Program-made: the position numbers and the translations under genes | Notes under the pieces: model-generated | Seen by the model: the letters and a program-made list of their open reading frames with translations, nothing else | What the model was told of the DNA's origin: nothing | Database searches by the model: none | Shown: piece by piece, positions 22,014-32,633 of the stretch | Layout of the letters: every line of letters starts with the position of its first letter | Position numbering within the stretch: position 1 is the stretch's first letter | Assembly (NCBI GenBank): GCA_035250975.1 | Contig: DATFEP010000062.1 | Location: 1 to 58,277, forward strand | DNA: 58,277 bases | Source of the DNA: Nitrososphaeraceae archaeon | GTDB taxonomy: Archaea; Thermoproteota; Nitrososphaeria; Nitrososphaerales; Nitrososphaeraceae | Reading direction: 5' to 3'

Positions 22014-24215
22014 CTATTCTTTATCTATAAATTCGTCTGGATTTGGGGGTTCTGGATTAAGCCCTTTTCTTTTCCTAATATCGGTCACCAAATTTTTAAT
22101 TACTGATTGAGGAACAGATTGCCAATTTTTGAAATATGTACTCCACATAGCTTTTCCAGCCGTTCCTCCTCGCATTGCTTCTGATAAATCAAACGTTTCT
22201 GACGCGGGAACTTCTCCTAGCATAATTGAAATGACACCTTTTTGATCCACATTCAATAATTTGCCTCTTCTTCCAGACAGAATCCCCGCTACAGTCCCTA
22301 TCTGCTCTTGAGGACATTTGACTTCTATCCCCAATATTGGTTCCAATAAAACAGGGTCCGCAATTAACATTGAACCTAACATTGCTCTCCTCGTTGCAGG
22401 CATTAATTGAGCTAAACCCCTATGTGCTGGATCTTCATGAGGAACAAAGTGATGAAGAATGAATTTGACTCCACGAAGCGTTTCATGCGCCAAACCCCCA
22501 GAATGTACGACATCGTCAAAACCAGATTTAATTGAATCCATAGATTCTTGTATAAATTGTACACCTTTAGTTTCATCTATCAACATATTACCAGATGGAT
22601 CAACGGCGCTAACATTCCTAGCTTGATCTGCACTCCATCCTTTTTCTCTGAGAATCCTAGCAAGTTCTTTTTTGTCCATGTCTTCTCTTATTTGTCCAGT
22701 TTTAATCATCTCGATTACATTTTCCTCGAGTGGCTCTACACGCATAAATATTTTGTTGTGTCTATTTGGAGATTTACTCATTATAGGACCTGCAGGTGAA
22801 CGAATTGTTTCTCTATAATTGATTAAAGGCTGTGATGTTGAAATTTCTAGATTTGCTTCTTGTAAAAGGGAAGTTGCAATTTCTAAATGCAAAACTCCCA
22901 TTCCTGCCATTAGTGTTTCTCCTGTTTCTTCATTTATCTTAACTATAAGATTTGGATCCTCAACAGTTATTTTACGAAGGGCTTCTACAAGTTTAGGTAG
23001 ATCTTTTGGATGTTTTGGTTCAACTGCTATAGTTACTACAGGCTCAGAAACATATTTAATAGATTCAAATGCAACATTATTTTTTACACTTGAAATAGTT
23101 TCCCCAGCAACAGCATAATCTAAACCTAAAAGAGCAGGAATATTACCTGCGGGTATTACACTTACTACTTCCCTAGTATTGCCCATATAGATATTTACAG
23201 ACTGTACTTTTCCTGATCTTTTTGCATCAATAAGATAAACTTCATCGCCGTCTTTAATAGTTCCAGAAAAGAGTCTGCCTGTTGCTATTCGACCGGCTTG
23301 AGGATCTACGTTTATAGTTGTTACCATCATGACTGCAGGACCGTTTTCATCACAATTTATTAATGCTTTTCCAATATCAGAATTAAGATCTCCTGGCCAA
23401 ATCTTTGGAATCCTATATTTTTGTGCTACATGTGGAGGAGGATGGTGTTGAACTACCATTCCAAGAACTGCCTCATGAAGTGGAGCTCGTTCAGAAAGAG
23501 ATTTAATTCTATTAGGATCGTCAGAAGTATAGGCATCATATACATCCTTAAAACTAAATCCTTTTTTCTGTGCTACTTTGAAATTAAAACCCCATCTATC
23601 TTTTGCAGAACCAAAGGCCACAGTATTTCCTTGGATACTAACTTTCCATTTTTCTTTCAGCTCAGGTTCGGCATATATATCTACAAGCTTATTAAATTCT
23701 GCTATTATATTAGATAACCATTTTTGCATTGCAGGAGGATCAAGACGTAATTCTTTTACTAATCGATCAATTTTGTTAATATATAGAACGGGCCGAACTC
23801 TTTCCTCTAATGCTTGTCTTGTTACAGTCTCAGTCTGAGTCATTATCCCTTCTACCGAATCAGACACTACAACTACACCATCTATTGCACGAAGAGCTCT
23901 TGTAACTCTCCCAGTAAAATCTATGTGTCCTGGAGTATCTATCATATTAATGACATATTCTTTTCCCTCATGCTCATAAAATAAAGTTACATTGGCACCT
24001 CTAATTGTCATCTGTCGATTTTGCTCTAGCTTCATAGAGTCTAAAGCTAATGCTTGTCCTGCTATAGAAGGCGAAATTATTCCAGATGCAGCTAAGAGAC
24101 TATCACTCATAGTCGTTTTACCATGATCGACGTGAGCAATAACACCAAAATTTCGGATTTGGTCTTTATGATCAATAATCCTTATAATATCTTGTGTTGA
24201 TTTGAATTTAGGCAT
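22014..24215 (-). CDS. fusA: Archaeal translation elongation factor EF-2
   Basis: IRNFGVIAHVDHGKTT, DTPGH, NKID, diphthamide loop PHEDPAHRG; start placed at MPKFK (ORF track starts at 24230). Confidence 0.97.
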   Translation of the reverse strand: MPKFKSTQDIIRIIDHKDQIRNFGVIAHVDHGKTTMSDSLLAASGIISPSIAGQALALDSMKLEQNRQMTIRGANVTLFYEHEGKEYVINMIDTPGHIDFTGRVTRALRAIDGVVVVSDSVEGIMTQTETVTRQALEERVRPVLYINKIDRLVKELRLDPPAMQKWLSNIIAEFNKLVDIYAEPELKEKWKVSIQGNTVAFGSAKDRWGFNFKVAQKKGFSFKDVYDAYTSDDPNRIKSLSERAPLHEAVLGMVVQHHPPPHVAQKYRIPKIWPGDLNSDIGKALINCDENGPAVMMVTTINVDPQAGRIATGRLFSGTIKDGDEVYLIDAKRSGKVQSVNIYMGNTREVVSVIPAGNIPALLGLDYAVAGETISSVKNNVAFESIKYVSEPVVTIAVEPKHPKDLPKLVEALRKITVEDPNLIVKINEETGETLMAGMGVLHLEIATSLLQEANLEISTSQPLINYRETIRSPAGPIMSKSPNRHNKIFMRVEPLEENVIEMIKTGQIREDMDKKELARILREKGWSADQARNVSAVDPSGNMLIDETKGVQFIQESMDSIKSGFDDVVHSGGLAHETLRGVKFILHHFVPHEDPAHRGLAQLMPATRRAMLGSMLIADPVLLEPILGIEVKCPQEQIGTVAGILSGRRGKLLNVDQKGVISIMLGEVPASETFDLSEAMRGGTAGKAMWSTYFKNWQSVPQSVIKNLVTDIRKRKGLNPEPPNPDEFIDKE

Positions 24216-25072
24216 ATTTAGACATAACAAAAAAAAATGCGCAGGGTTATTAAACGTTCCTTATATAGATTATCCACACGTCAGAAGTAAACAAGTTTGA
24301 AATCTTTTAATATAATGAAGCGATATTTTGATCGTGATTGGATATCTGATTGGTATCCACTTTTCAGAACAAAGGTGCTCTCATATCAGAGAATTTTATT
24401 ACTTCGTTAGTGCATGAATCTGGAGGATATCAATTTGCAATCGGTGTCTTAAATATTACCCATAACCGTGCACTTTATACTGAAAACTTTAGTTGAATTT
24501 GCCTCTAGAAAATAGCCGGACAGAAAAATAATGCTGTATTTCTAAGATGGAACTGAACTATTTGGTGATTATTAAAGTGCATCAATAAACAAAATTGTGA
24601 TCAACAATATATATACAATTAGAACAAGATATCTAACTATTCATAACATTATTACTACAAGCTATTCCATTTCTGAAAGAATGTGAAATTCGATTCGGTT
24701 AACAGTTGATATAAATTATACTGGCGAGCAAAAATTCATTTACAAATTCTTTCAAATAAAAATTTTTAATATGTTTGAAAATTGATCCTTTCAATGATTA
24801 CTGAATACATGAAATTTAGTTATCCAATATATAATTAAAAGTTGATGATGCAGATTATCTATTTTAGACAATTATTTATTGAAATACAAAATAATAATAT
24901 CTATAAATCAAATTGAGAAATCAAGTTTCAAAAGAGTCTTTTGCAGTATTCAAAATCTAGTAAAGATGCCGTTCATTAATCTCAATCATTATACGAATTT
25001 TTCTGTATCAAACTTCATTTTTTAGCATGTGAACAGACTTATATTACTCGCTATAAATAAAAATTTGATCGC

Positions 25073-25852
25073 ATGAACATAAGTGACAAGTCAAGAAAAG
25101 CAATGGAGACTATTGGCTTGACAAGTTACGAAATTAAAGTATATTTATCATTATTGGAACATGGATCTTTAACTGCTTCGGATATTTCTAAAAAATCAGG
25201 AGTGCCTTATTCAAAAATATACGAAGTACTAAACTCCTTACAAGATAAAGTATGGCTAGAATCGAACAGTTCTAGGCCTCAAAAATTTTTTCCTAAATCC
25301 CCTTCAACAGCATTAGAAGCGATAAAACTGCAGAAAGAGAATGAAATAAGATACAATGAAGAAATTATTAACAATGAATTGATGCCCGTATATGAAAAAA
25401 GCGGAATTAAGGAAAAACCAGAAATATGGGTAGTTAGAGGATTTTATAATATAGCTACTAAAGTAAATGAGATAATTCAAAACAGTCAAAGGGAATTGTT
25501 AATAGCCTTACCACAGATCGCTCAGGAAATCGCCAAACCATTACAGCCACTTCTTAGAACCTTACATGACAAAGGAATTAAAATAATAGTCTTGGTGTCC
25601 GAAGGAACCAATGTAGAAATAGTTAGGGCAATCTCCAGAATAGCTGATGTCAGAATCAAAGACAATATGTTTGGAGGAGGAGTTATTGGAGATGGTAAAC
25701 AGGTGTTGATTTTACTGGGTGAAGAAAGAATAGAAAAGGGTAACTTTGAACCAATAGCAATATGGGCAGAACATCCTGGATTAGCTGGCTATGCAAAGGA
25801 TTATTTTCAATATTTATGGAACGACGCTAGATCTGATAAGGATAGAAATTAA
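25073..25852 (+). CDS. TrmB-family transcriptional regulator
   Basis: GLTSYEIKVYLSLL...SGVPYSKIYEVL...RPQKF plus effector-binding domain. Confidence 0.9.
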   Translation: MNISDKSRKAMETIGLTSYEIKVYLSLLEHGSLTASDISKKSGVPYSKIYEVLNSLQDKVWLESNSSRPQKFFPKSPSTALEAIKLQKENEIRYNEEIINNELMPVYEKSGIKEKPEIWVVRGFYNIATKVNEIIQNSQRELLIALPQIAQEIAKPLQPLLRTLHDKGIKIIVLVSEGTNVEIVRAISRIADVRIKDNMFGGGVIGDGKQVLILLGEERIEKGNFEPIAIWAEHPGLAGYAKDYFQYLWNDARSDKDRN

Positions 25853-25934
25853 TGAAAAATTTATTTAGTTGAGAAGAATTAGTAATTTCAATAATTACAA
25901 TTTATGAGTTAAATTTTTATTTTATTTTATAGTG

Positions 25935-26018
25935 TGGATTTTGGCAAACGATGACTAAACTAGCCCTGCTGATAAATAAAAATGATGAAGATCTTGAGTT
26001 TGGAGTTTGTCAAATCCA
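25935..26018 (+). ncRNA. Candidate box C/D guide sRNA; D guide fits C34 of tRNA-Leu(CAA)
   Basis: Terminal stem 25935-25949 with 26005-26018; C-like ACGATGA 25948-25954, D' CTGA 25969-25972, C' ATGATGA 25982-25988, guide AGATCTTGAGTT, D-like TGGA 26001-26004. Confidence 0.6.
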
Positions 26019-26051
26019 TAATTGAATTAGTCTACGGTAAATACCACTATA

Positions 26052-27122
26052 TTAGATATCTTTTCTTCCTTTAACAAACTCTTGAAAGTTTTCTTTTGCT
26101 TTTGTATATGACATTTGAATTGGTGGATGTTTAAAACAATATGCCGAAACACTTTCAAGTGAACCAGATAATCCTCTGTCAATGCCAATTTTAGTAGCTC
26201 TTATTGCATCTATCATTATACCTGCACTATTATAGGCATCTGCTACTCTTAATTTCAAGTCTAATTCAATAGGAATATTTCCGAATTTTTTACCGCGGAT
26301 ATTGATATAACATATTTTATCATTTTTTAAAGAACTGACATAGTCCGAAGGACCTATCCTCATTGGAATAGTATATGGAGACATTGCTTCTACAGCACTT
26401 GTTTTACTAATTCGTTTATCCTCTAACCGTTCATCATCAAGCATGTTGTAAAAATCCATATCGCCACCTATATTCAGTTGATAAGTATCGTCTACCTTGA
26501 CACCTCTATCAATAAAAAGCTTAACTAAGGTTTTATGAACAACTGTTGCACCTACTTGACTCATTATATCATCACCAGCACACAGAACGTTATTATCTTT
26601 GAATGCAGTTTGCCAATGAGGTTCTGATGCAATAAAAACTGGTATTGCATTGATGAATGATACTCCTGAATCCAAACATTTTTGTGCATAAAACTTTGTT
26701 GCTTCCCTACTGCCTACAGGCAGATAATTCAGAAGTATATCGGTATTTGTATCCTTCAAAATATTAGAAACGTCTGCAACAGGAATATCTGAAATACGAA
26801 TCTTCTCCGCAAGATGTTTTCCTACTCCGTCCAATACTTCGCCCTTATTGACCTTTACATCCAATCTATCCAGGGAAATTATTTTCATGGCATTATTAGG
26901 TTCAGAAAAAATAGCTTCAGATACATCCAATCCGACCTTGGAGTCAGATACATCAAAAGCTGCTACAAACTCAATATCTTCAGGAGTATAACCTGCCAAA
27001 TTATATGCGGTTAAACCAGTAGGATCCTTTTCTTTCATTGATTTGTAATAATGAATCCCTTGGATAAGAGCTGAAGCACAATTTCCAACTCCAGCAATTG
27101 CAACGTTAATTTTTTCTGCCAT
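26052..27122 (-). CDS. ino1: Myo-inositol-1-phosphate synthase
   Basis: GVGNCASALIQG, NYLPVGS, GDDIMSQVGAT, YQLNIGGDMDF, KRISKT. Confidence 0.93.
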   Translation of the reverse strand: MAEKINVAIAGVGNCASALIQGIHYYKSMKEKDPTGLTAYNLAGYTPEDIEFVAAFDVSDSKVGLDVSEAIFSEPNNAMKIISLDRLDVKVNKGEVLDGVGKHLAEKIRISDIPVADVSNILKDTNTDILLNYLPVGSREATKFYAQKCLDSGVSFINAIPVFIASEPHWQTAFKDNNVLCAGDDIMSQVGATVVHKTLVKLFIDRGVKVDDTYQLNIGGDMDFYNMLDDERLEDKRISKTSAVEAMSPYTIPMRIGPSDYVSSLKNDKICYINIRGKKFGNIPIELDLKLRVADAYNSAGIMIDAIRATKIGIDRGLSGSLESVSAYCFKHPPIQMSYTKAKENFQEFVKGRKDI

Positions 27123-27207
27123 TCCTTTTTATTAACCTGAATTAATCATTCATTTATATTTTTTTAAGAATTCCAAAAAAAGAAAGAGAAACCACATCTT
27201 AGACAAC

Positions 27208-29610
27208 CTATGTTTTCAGCTTGAATAAAAGTACCGAAATAGTGTTATCTGTAAAAAATTCTTTGCGAATATAGGATTTCGGAAAATAAGCATAATGTTC
27301 TTCCAAATGACTTATCTGGAATCCATATTGATCTGCGATTGACCCTATCTTAATAACAAATTCATCTGATTGAGGTAAATTGATTATTAGTTGCAATATT
27401 CCAGTAGGTTTTAATACAGTTGACACACCATGGAAAATCAAGTGAAATTTATTGATTTCTAAATCAAAATAAATTCGATTCTTGTTGGGTGTAGACAAAA
27501 TAAAAAAAATATTGTCTATTGAATTATTATAAATATTAGGTAATAATTTTATTGCATCACCCCAAAAAATTGTTGCATTTTGTGGCTTTAGGACCGAAAT
27601 TCTACTTTTTATACTTATTACCGATTCTTGGTCTGTATCTATTCCAATGAAGTATTCTTCAGGATGTTCTGAAGATACACGAAACAAAAGGTCTCCAGTT
27701 TTTAAGCCTATTTCTAAATTTATTTTGGAATAAGATTTTTTGGCATTCATAATTATTCTGTTGATTTGATTTGACGAGTTACCTTCATGATAAAACTGAT
27801 ATACTAAGTTCCATCTTTGTCTAAATATATCAGGAAAATTTCTATTGTTTATTAATTCCTTGAAAATATCTATATCCATAAATTCTGAAAAGAATTTGTC
27901 TGTTTTAGAGATAGCTTCAAATTTTGGGAGAAATAATTCGTTGTACAGATTGGTTACCCGTTCCCAAGCACTAATAGGATCTGAACCCAAATACGTCACT
28001 GACAAATCAGCCAGCCACAGAATTTGTGACATAAGATCATATTTTTCTCTCTTACTTGCATCATTTATCAATCCTAAGAGATAGACGTACTTTTTCATAG
28101 ATGTAAGCTTTTGTTTGAAAGGATAATCTGTTCTCCAAATCATAGCTTCCACTATGATGGTCTGAATCAGTTTACCGGATTTTACATATTCTGCATGAGT
28201 GGTTACATAATCTATTGGAGGAAGAAGTTGGCTTTGATTTTGCTGAAAATAATTCCTGAATTCTATTTCATCCATGCTATAGTATGCATCAATAATTCTC
28301 ATATCACTCAGAATTGATACTGTTCTTTCAACCTTAGGTCCATCAAATCTAAATAATCCTATACTAGTCCTATAATTTTGTTGATATGGATCATAATCGT
28401 GCAGTAAACCAGCAATCAATAATAATTCATAATCTTCCCAAATAAAATAATGCCCGTGCAACTCTTTCGGTAATATCTGTAAACTCACATAAGAAACCTC
28501 TAAACTATGATGGAAATTATGGTAACGATTTGAGCCCTCGCCCAAACCTTGTTTCTCGTACATATTTTTTAGGAATAAAATAAGATAGCGAATTTTTTCG
28601 ATATTGTTTGGTTTAATATTTTTCATTCTTGCTAATATGAGTAATGACTCGCTTAGTTCATCAAGATTAACATAAGAAAGATTTAGATTGGTTTCATCAA
28701 TAATATGTTTAGCATGTGAAGGCATGTATTTGAGAGTTTTTCCATATATTTCTTTATACACGATCTTAATAGGCAAACTCTGAAAAAGATAAATAGTAAT
28801 CGCACTTAATACCCATGGATATTTGATTCTTTTTTTTTCATGTTCTGTAATAATATTTGTTGCGAGAGATATTTGTTTATTGATAGAATTAATTAATATA
28901 CCAAAATCAGTAGTGTTGATATTCAATTCATTGTCTGTAAAATGTGTAACATCTGTAGTCATTACTAACCATTGAGGAATAGTGATGATATATTGATATT
29001 TTTTTTTAAAAAAATCTTCATCTTTCAAATATTTGCGCGAAGTATTAGCCACTACCTTTTTCTCTGAAAAAAAGAGAAGATCAGAATCATTATCAACCTT
29101 AAGAATAATTTCTTCACCACTTGTTTGAAGACCCAGAAAAATATGCCAATATTTTCCTTTATCTAACCAATCTGGCACTAATGTTTCACGATCCCAGAAA
29201 TCCGTAGGACCAAAATGCACAAAACCTTTTACATATTTTTTTGTTATCGGATTAAATGTTGAATAATTATAGTCTCCTATTGTTGGATCTAATTTTTTAC
29301 ATAAATCTCTTGCTAACAGGATATTGTCTACATATTTGGTAAATTCTCTGTAAGCCATTATTCCCCATATAGTACTTAGAAAACTCAACATTGTAAATAG
29401 AATATGAAGGCCAGTAATGTCGTGATCAGTAAAATAATTAGGAGCTAATGGAATACCAAACCATCCTGTTGATAAAATTCCAGAAAAGAATATTATTAAG
29501 AAGAAAATTCTGGTTAGATCATAATAATATAAACTAAGTGAGTGTAGATGGGATCTCATTAAATAATTTTGAATCCTGATTGTTCTTAATACACCTCTGA
29601 TCAGATCCAA
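27208..29610 (-). CDS. Membrane protein with HD phosphohydrolase domain and C-terminal SAM-methyltransferase-like domain
   Basis: 2 N-terminal TM helices; YHNFHH, LLHDYD, LADLS; C-terminal LEIGLKTG...FIGID...GDA...SIDNIF. Confidence 0.75.
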   Translation of the reverse strand: MDLIRGVLRTIRIQNYLMRSHLHSLSLYYYDLTRIFFLIIFFSGILSTGWFGIPLAPNYFTDHDITGLHILFTMLSFLSTIWGIMAYREFTKYVDNILLARDLCKKLDPTIGDYNYSTFNPITKKYVKGFVHFGPTDFWDRETLVPDWLDKGKYWHIFLGLQTSGEEIILKVDNDSDLLFFSEKKVVANTSRKYLKDEDFFKKKYQYIITIPQWLVMTTDVTHFTDNELNINTTDFGILINSINKQISLATNIITEHEKKRIKYPWVLSAITIYLFQSLPIKIVYKEIYGKTLKYMPSHAKHIIDETNLNLSYVNLDELSESLLILARMKNIKPNNIEKIRYLILFLKNMYEKQGLGEGSNRYHNFHHSLEVSYVSLQILPKELHGHYFIWEDYELLLIAGLLHDYDPYQQNYRTSIGLFRFDGPKVERTVSILSDMRIIDAYYSMDEIEFRNYFQQNQSQLLPPIDYVTTHAEYVKSGKLIQTIIVEAMIWRTDYPFKQKLTSMKKYVYLLGLINDASKREKYDLMSQILWLADLSVTYLGSDPISAWERVTNLYNELFLPKFEAISKTDKFFSEFMDIDIFKELINNRNFPDIFRQRWNLVYQFYHEGNSSNQINRIIMNAKKSYSKINLEIGLKTGDLLFRVSSEHPEEYFIGIDTDQESVISIKSRISVLKPQNATIFWGDAIKLLPNIYNNSIDNIFFILSTPNKNRIYFDLEINKFHLIFHGVSTVLKPTGILQLIINLPQSDEFVIKIGSIADQYGFQISHLEEHYAYFPKSYIRKEFFTDNTISVLLFKLKT

Positions 29611-29750
29611 TATATTGTTCAGTCAATATCTATCATATTTTTTAATATTAATACATATAGAATTTTTAGAGGAGTTTTAAATGATATAAACAAAAGTAGT
29701 AATGACGAAATTACCGCAACAATATAAGAGCGAATCAGAAATTGATAACA

Positions 29751-30080
29751 TTAATTAACTACCAGATCGATATCATTTTCATTTAGTCTAAAATTTATTG
29801 ATCTTAATCTACTTTTGTAAAAAATAGTTTTTCTGCCTCGTGAATTAATATGAATTCTATCAATTGAAACTATACCCATGTTTTCTAATTTCTTTATTCT
29901 TTTATAAATAGAACTCAATGGTAAATTTGTTTCATCATGTATTTGATAAACGGTTTTTGATTTTTTCATCAATAACAAAATAATCTTATATGTATCATTT
30001 TCAAGGATACTATTTAAAAAAGAGATAATTGTCTTTTTATCAGTATCCCAACTATTTTTAATAGCTGTTAGACTTAACAT
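29751..30080 (-). CDS. ArsR-like winged-helix transcriptional regulator
   Basis: KTVYQIHDETNLPLSSIYKRIKKLENMG...GRKTIFYKS. Confidence 0.82.
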   Translation of the reverse strand: MLSLTAIKNSWDTDKKTIISFLNSILENDTYKIILLLMKKSKTVYQIHDETNLPLSSIYKRIKKLENMGIVSIDRIHINSRGRKTIFYKSRLRSINFRLNENDIDLVVN

Positions 30081-30081
30081 A

Positions 30082-30109
30082 TTAGGCTACACTAATTAGG
30101 TTAAGCTAA
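30082..30109. promoter_or_regulatory. Two tandem TTAG-N6-CTAA palindromes (DtxR/IdeR-like operator) between TATA box and start of the wHTH gene
   Basis: TTAGGCTACACTAA 30082-30095 and TTAGGTTAAGCTAA 30096-30109; TTTATATA on the minus strand at about 30110-30118. Confidence 0.55.
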
Positions 30110-30149
30110 TATATAAATGTTAATTTAAACAAATTATATAATAAAGAGA

Positions 30150-32585
30150 TTATTTTTGCTGGAAATCGGACATTGATTTACGTGACGATTCTATCATTTT
30201 CTTTTTCCTTGGTTGAATAATGAGAATATATAGAGAGGCAACAAGATATACAGATAACAAAATGACTTGTCCTAAAATAGTCTCCAAAGTAGGATGAATT
30301 CCGGTCATTGTTGCGAGATTGACATCCAATCTAGGAATTATCCCAAATAGATGGGTAGTAGAGATGTACCCGATCTCTTGAAATTCACGAATGGCATTAC
30401 CAAAAAAAGTAATGGACATATAAGCACCAACTCCCATTGTAAATCCAAAAAGAACCCGTAATGGCAATTTCTTACCCAACTTTTTGACTAGAAACGCGAT
30501 CGAGATTATCACAAGGAGTCCAATAATCATCCCAAATGTAACAAATAATTCCATATGTTTTGCGTAAGAAAACATGGCTTGATAAAACAGAACAGTTTCA
30601 AAACCCTCTCTATATACTGTAAAAAAAGAAAGCATTACGAAGACCATCACACTTCCGGTTGTAGTAGCTTTCCAAACTTTGGATTTAACGAATTCTATCC
30701 ATTTTTTGGTTTCAATTTTATTCAAAATCCAAAAGCTGACCCAGAAAAGTACTGCAACGGCAGATATCCCTGCTATTGCCTCGATAAGTTCTTTACTTGC
30801 TCCAGACATTTCTACAAGAAATGACATAACAAACCATGTAATAGCGGTAGCACCAGCCGCAAGAATTATTCCAAAATAAACGTGTTTTTTGAATCTTTCG
30901 TTTCGTGAAGCTTCTAGATACGTAGTTATTGCGCCGATGATCAAAGCAGATTCCAATCCTTCTCTAAAAATTATAGAAAATGAAGACGAAAAAGCTATTC
31001 CGGGTGCTATTGAGCCTAATCCAGATACGAGTATTTCTGACTCATCTAAACCGGATTGAATTTCACTTATTTTACTCATGACTTCTGTATATGAAGCACG
31101 TTTTTCTATCAAATTTCTTAGCTCTGCAAATTTAATTTCCATTTCTAGCGTGAAATCAGGATCAATTGGTCTCAGTGGAAGCTCTATTTTTTCATAACTA
31201 TCTAAATACGCAGAGCGAGCAGTTATCAGAGATTCTTCATATTTATTTTCCTTATAGAGATTTAGTACTTGTTGTAAACTTAATCTAATTTGATCTATAT
31301 CGCTTCGCACCCCCTCTTTCTCTTTTTCAGAAGCTTCACCCATTTTCTTTTTTTCACCTTGAAAAGTTCCAAACCCTTTACTGAGTTCATTTATATCTGC
31401 TAAATTATTTCTTTGTTGATTGTCGTTATAATCATTGGCGATCTCTGTATTGGTGGCGACGGTTGTGATTGATGGATCATTTAATAATACATTCTCTGCT
31501 TCTTCCAGTTTTTGTAAAATTTTATATACGAAAGATTCAATCTTTTCTGATGACGCGTTATCTTTTATCATTTGTCTTAATTCTTCCCTCATATTCAATT
31601 CAATTTCCAACATTAGTTCTGGATCATTTTGTTCTATTGGTACTTCAAGATATTCATAATTATCTAAGTATGCAGAAATTGCAGCCTTATCTGCTTTTTT
31701 ATAATCCTTATTGTCCTTGATCTCGTTTACTACAACATTTAATAAAGAGTCAATATTTGAGAAATATTTTTGGATCTCTAAAGGAAGACTTTTGGATAAA
31801 GAACTTTTAGATAATTCCAATAGTTCTTTTTCTAAAATATTCATAGATTTAAAAATAGCATTATTATCATGGTTTGTAGTGTAATTTCGTATTTGCAAGG
31901 ATAGATCCAAAATAGTATCAACTTCCTGAGTAGGAATTGAATTAGAGATGCGGCTAATTTGATATTCAGATCTGTTAACAAGTTCTTTGATAACTTGATA
32001 TTCTTGCTCACTCTCCAGCTCAGATTGGTTTGATTTGATATTTTCTAATACTGATTTCGCATCTCTCATTAGCACAATAGAACCCTGAATTAGAAAATAT
32101 TTTGAATCAAGGTTTTGACTGTTGACTAAATTATTTTCGATTGATTCAATAGTATTTCGTGTTTCGGAAAAAGTCTTTCTCAATAAATTCTCATCCGCCT
32201 TAATATTGGTCAGAGATATTGGAAGGTCAGTCAACAAATGTTCTAATTTTGAAGACAACATAGGATCGATTAATAATAATTCATTTTTTATTGATGGAAA
32301 AATCACCTGATGGGGAAAATATGCATGGGAAAAAGCATCATGGATATTACCAGACTCAAAACTACCATGTGCCAAATTTATCTTTGTGAGAATTCTTTCA
32401 AGGTGGATGAATACCGTAAAGTTTCTTTGTAAATCCTCTGAATATATTTTAGATTTAGAATTGTTATTAACAATATCTATTTGAGAAGATACCTCATAGG
32501 GAGAGAAAATGCAAATAATAAAAACAAAGACGAGGAAAGACATACATAGTAACATATAATTCAGATTTTTTCCATTGTTATTCAT
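30150..32585 (-). CDS. FTR1/EfeU-family iron permease with large multi-domain extracellular N-terminus
   Basis: Signal/TM start; two REGxE motifs (FREGLE, YREGFE) in the C-terminal TM domain; repeated AYLDxYE helical modules. Confidence 0.9.
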   Translation of the reverse strand: MNNNGKNLNYMLLCMSFLVFVFIICIFSPYEVSSQIDIVNNNSKSKIYSEDLQRNFTVFIHLERILTKINLAHGSFESGNIHDAFSHAYFPHQVIFPSIKNELLLIDPMLSSKLEHLLTDLPISLTNIKADENLLRKTFSETRNTIESIENNLVNSQNLDSKYFLIQGSIVLMRDAKSVLENIKSNQSELESEQEYQVIKELVNRSEYQISRISNSIPTQEVDTILDLSLQIRNYTTNHDNNAIFKSMNILEKELLELSKSSLSKSLPLEIQKYFSNIDSLLNVVVNEIKDNKDYKKADKAAISAYLDNYEYLEVPIEQNDPELMLEIELNMREELRQMIKDNASSEKIESFVYKILQKLEEAENVLLNDPSITTVATNTEIANDYNDNQQRNNLADINELSKGFGTFQGEKKKMGEASEKEKEGVRSDIDQIRLSLQQVLNLYKENKYEESLITARSAYLDSYEKIELPLRPIDPDFTLEMEIKFAELRNLIEKRASYTEVMSKISEIQSGLDESEILVSGLGSIAPGIAFSSSFSIIFREGLESALIIGAITTYLEASRNERFKKHVYFGIILAAGATAITWFVMSFLVEMSGASKELIEAIAGISAVAVLFWVSFWILNKIETKKWIEFVKSKVWKATTTGSVMVFVMLSFFTVYREGFETVLFYQAMFSYAKHMELFVTFGMIIGLLVIISIAFLVKKLGKKLPLRVLFGFTMGVGAYMSITFFGNAIREFQEIGYISTTHLFGIIPRLDVNLATMTGIHPTLETILGQVILLSVYLVASLYILIIQPRKKKMIESSRKSMSDFQQK

Positions 32586-32619
32586 ATTTTAAATCATTTT
32601 TTGACATTGTAATAAGATA

Positions 32620-32633
32620 TTAGGTTATCCTAA
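32620..32633. promoter_or_regulatory. TTAGGTTATCCTAA palindrome (DtxR/IdeR-like operator) upstream of FTR1
   Basis: Same TTAG-N6-CTAA form as 30082-30109, lying between the TATA-like TTTAAATA (about 32645-32654) and the FTR1 start. Confidence 0.55.

Noticed and set aside
22014-24230. EF-2 as a diphthamide-lacking paralog, or unusual because it is away from rps7/rps12
   Set aside because: The HRG diphthamide motif is intact and it looks like the ordinary lineage EF-2
24240-25070. 830-bp gap between fusA and the trmB-like gene, possible sRNA or pseudogene
   Set aside because: No coherent reading-frame relic, box set or strong stem recognised by eye
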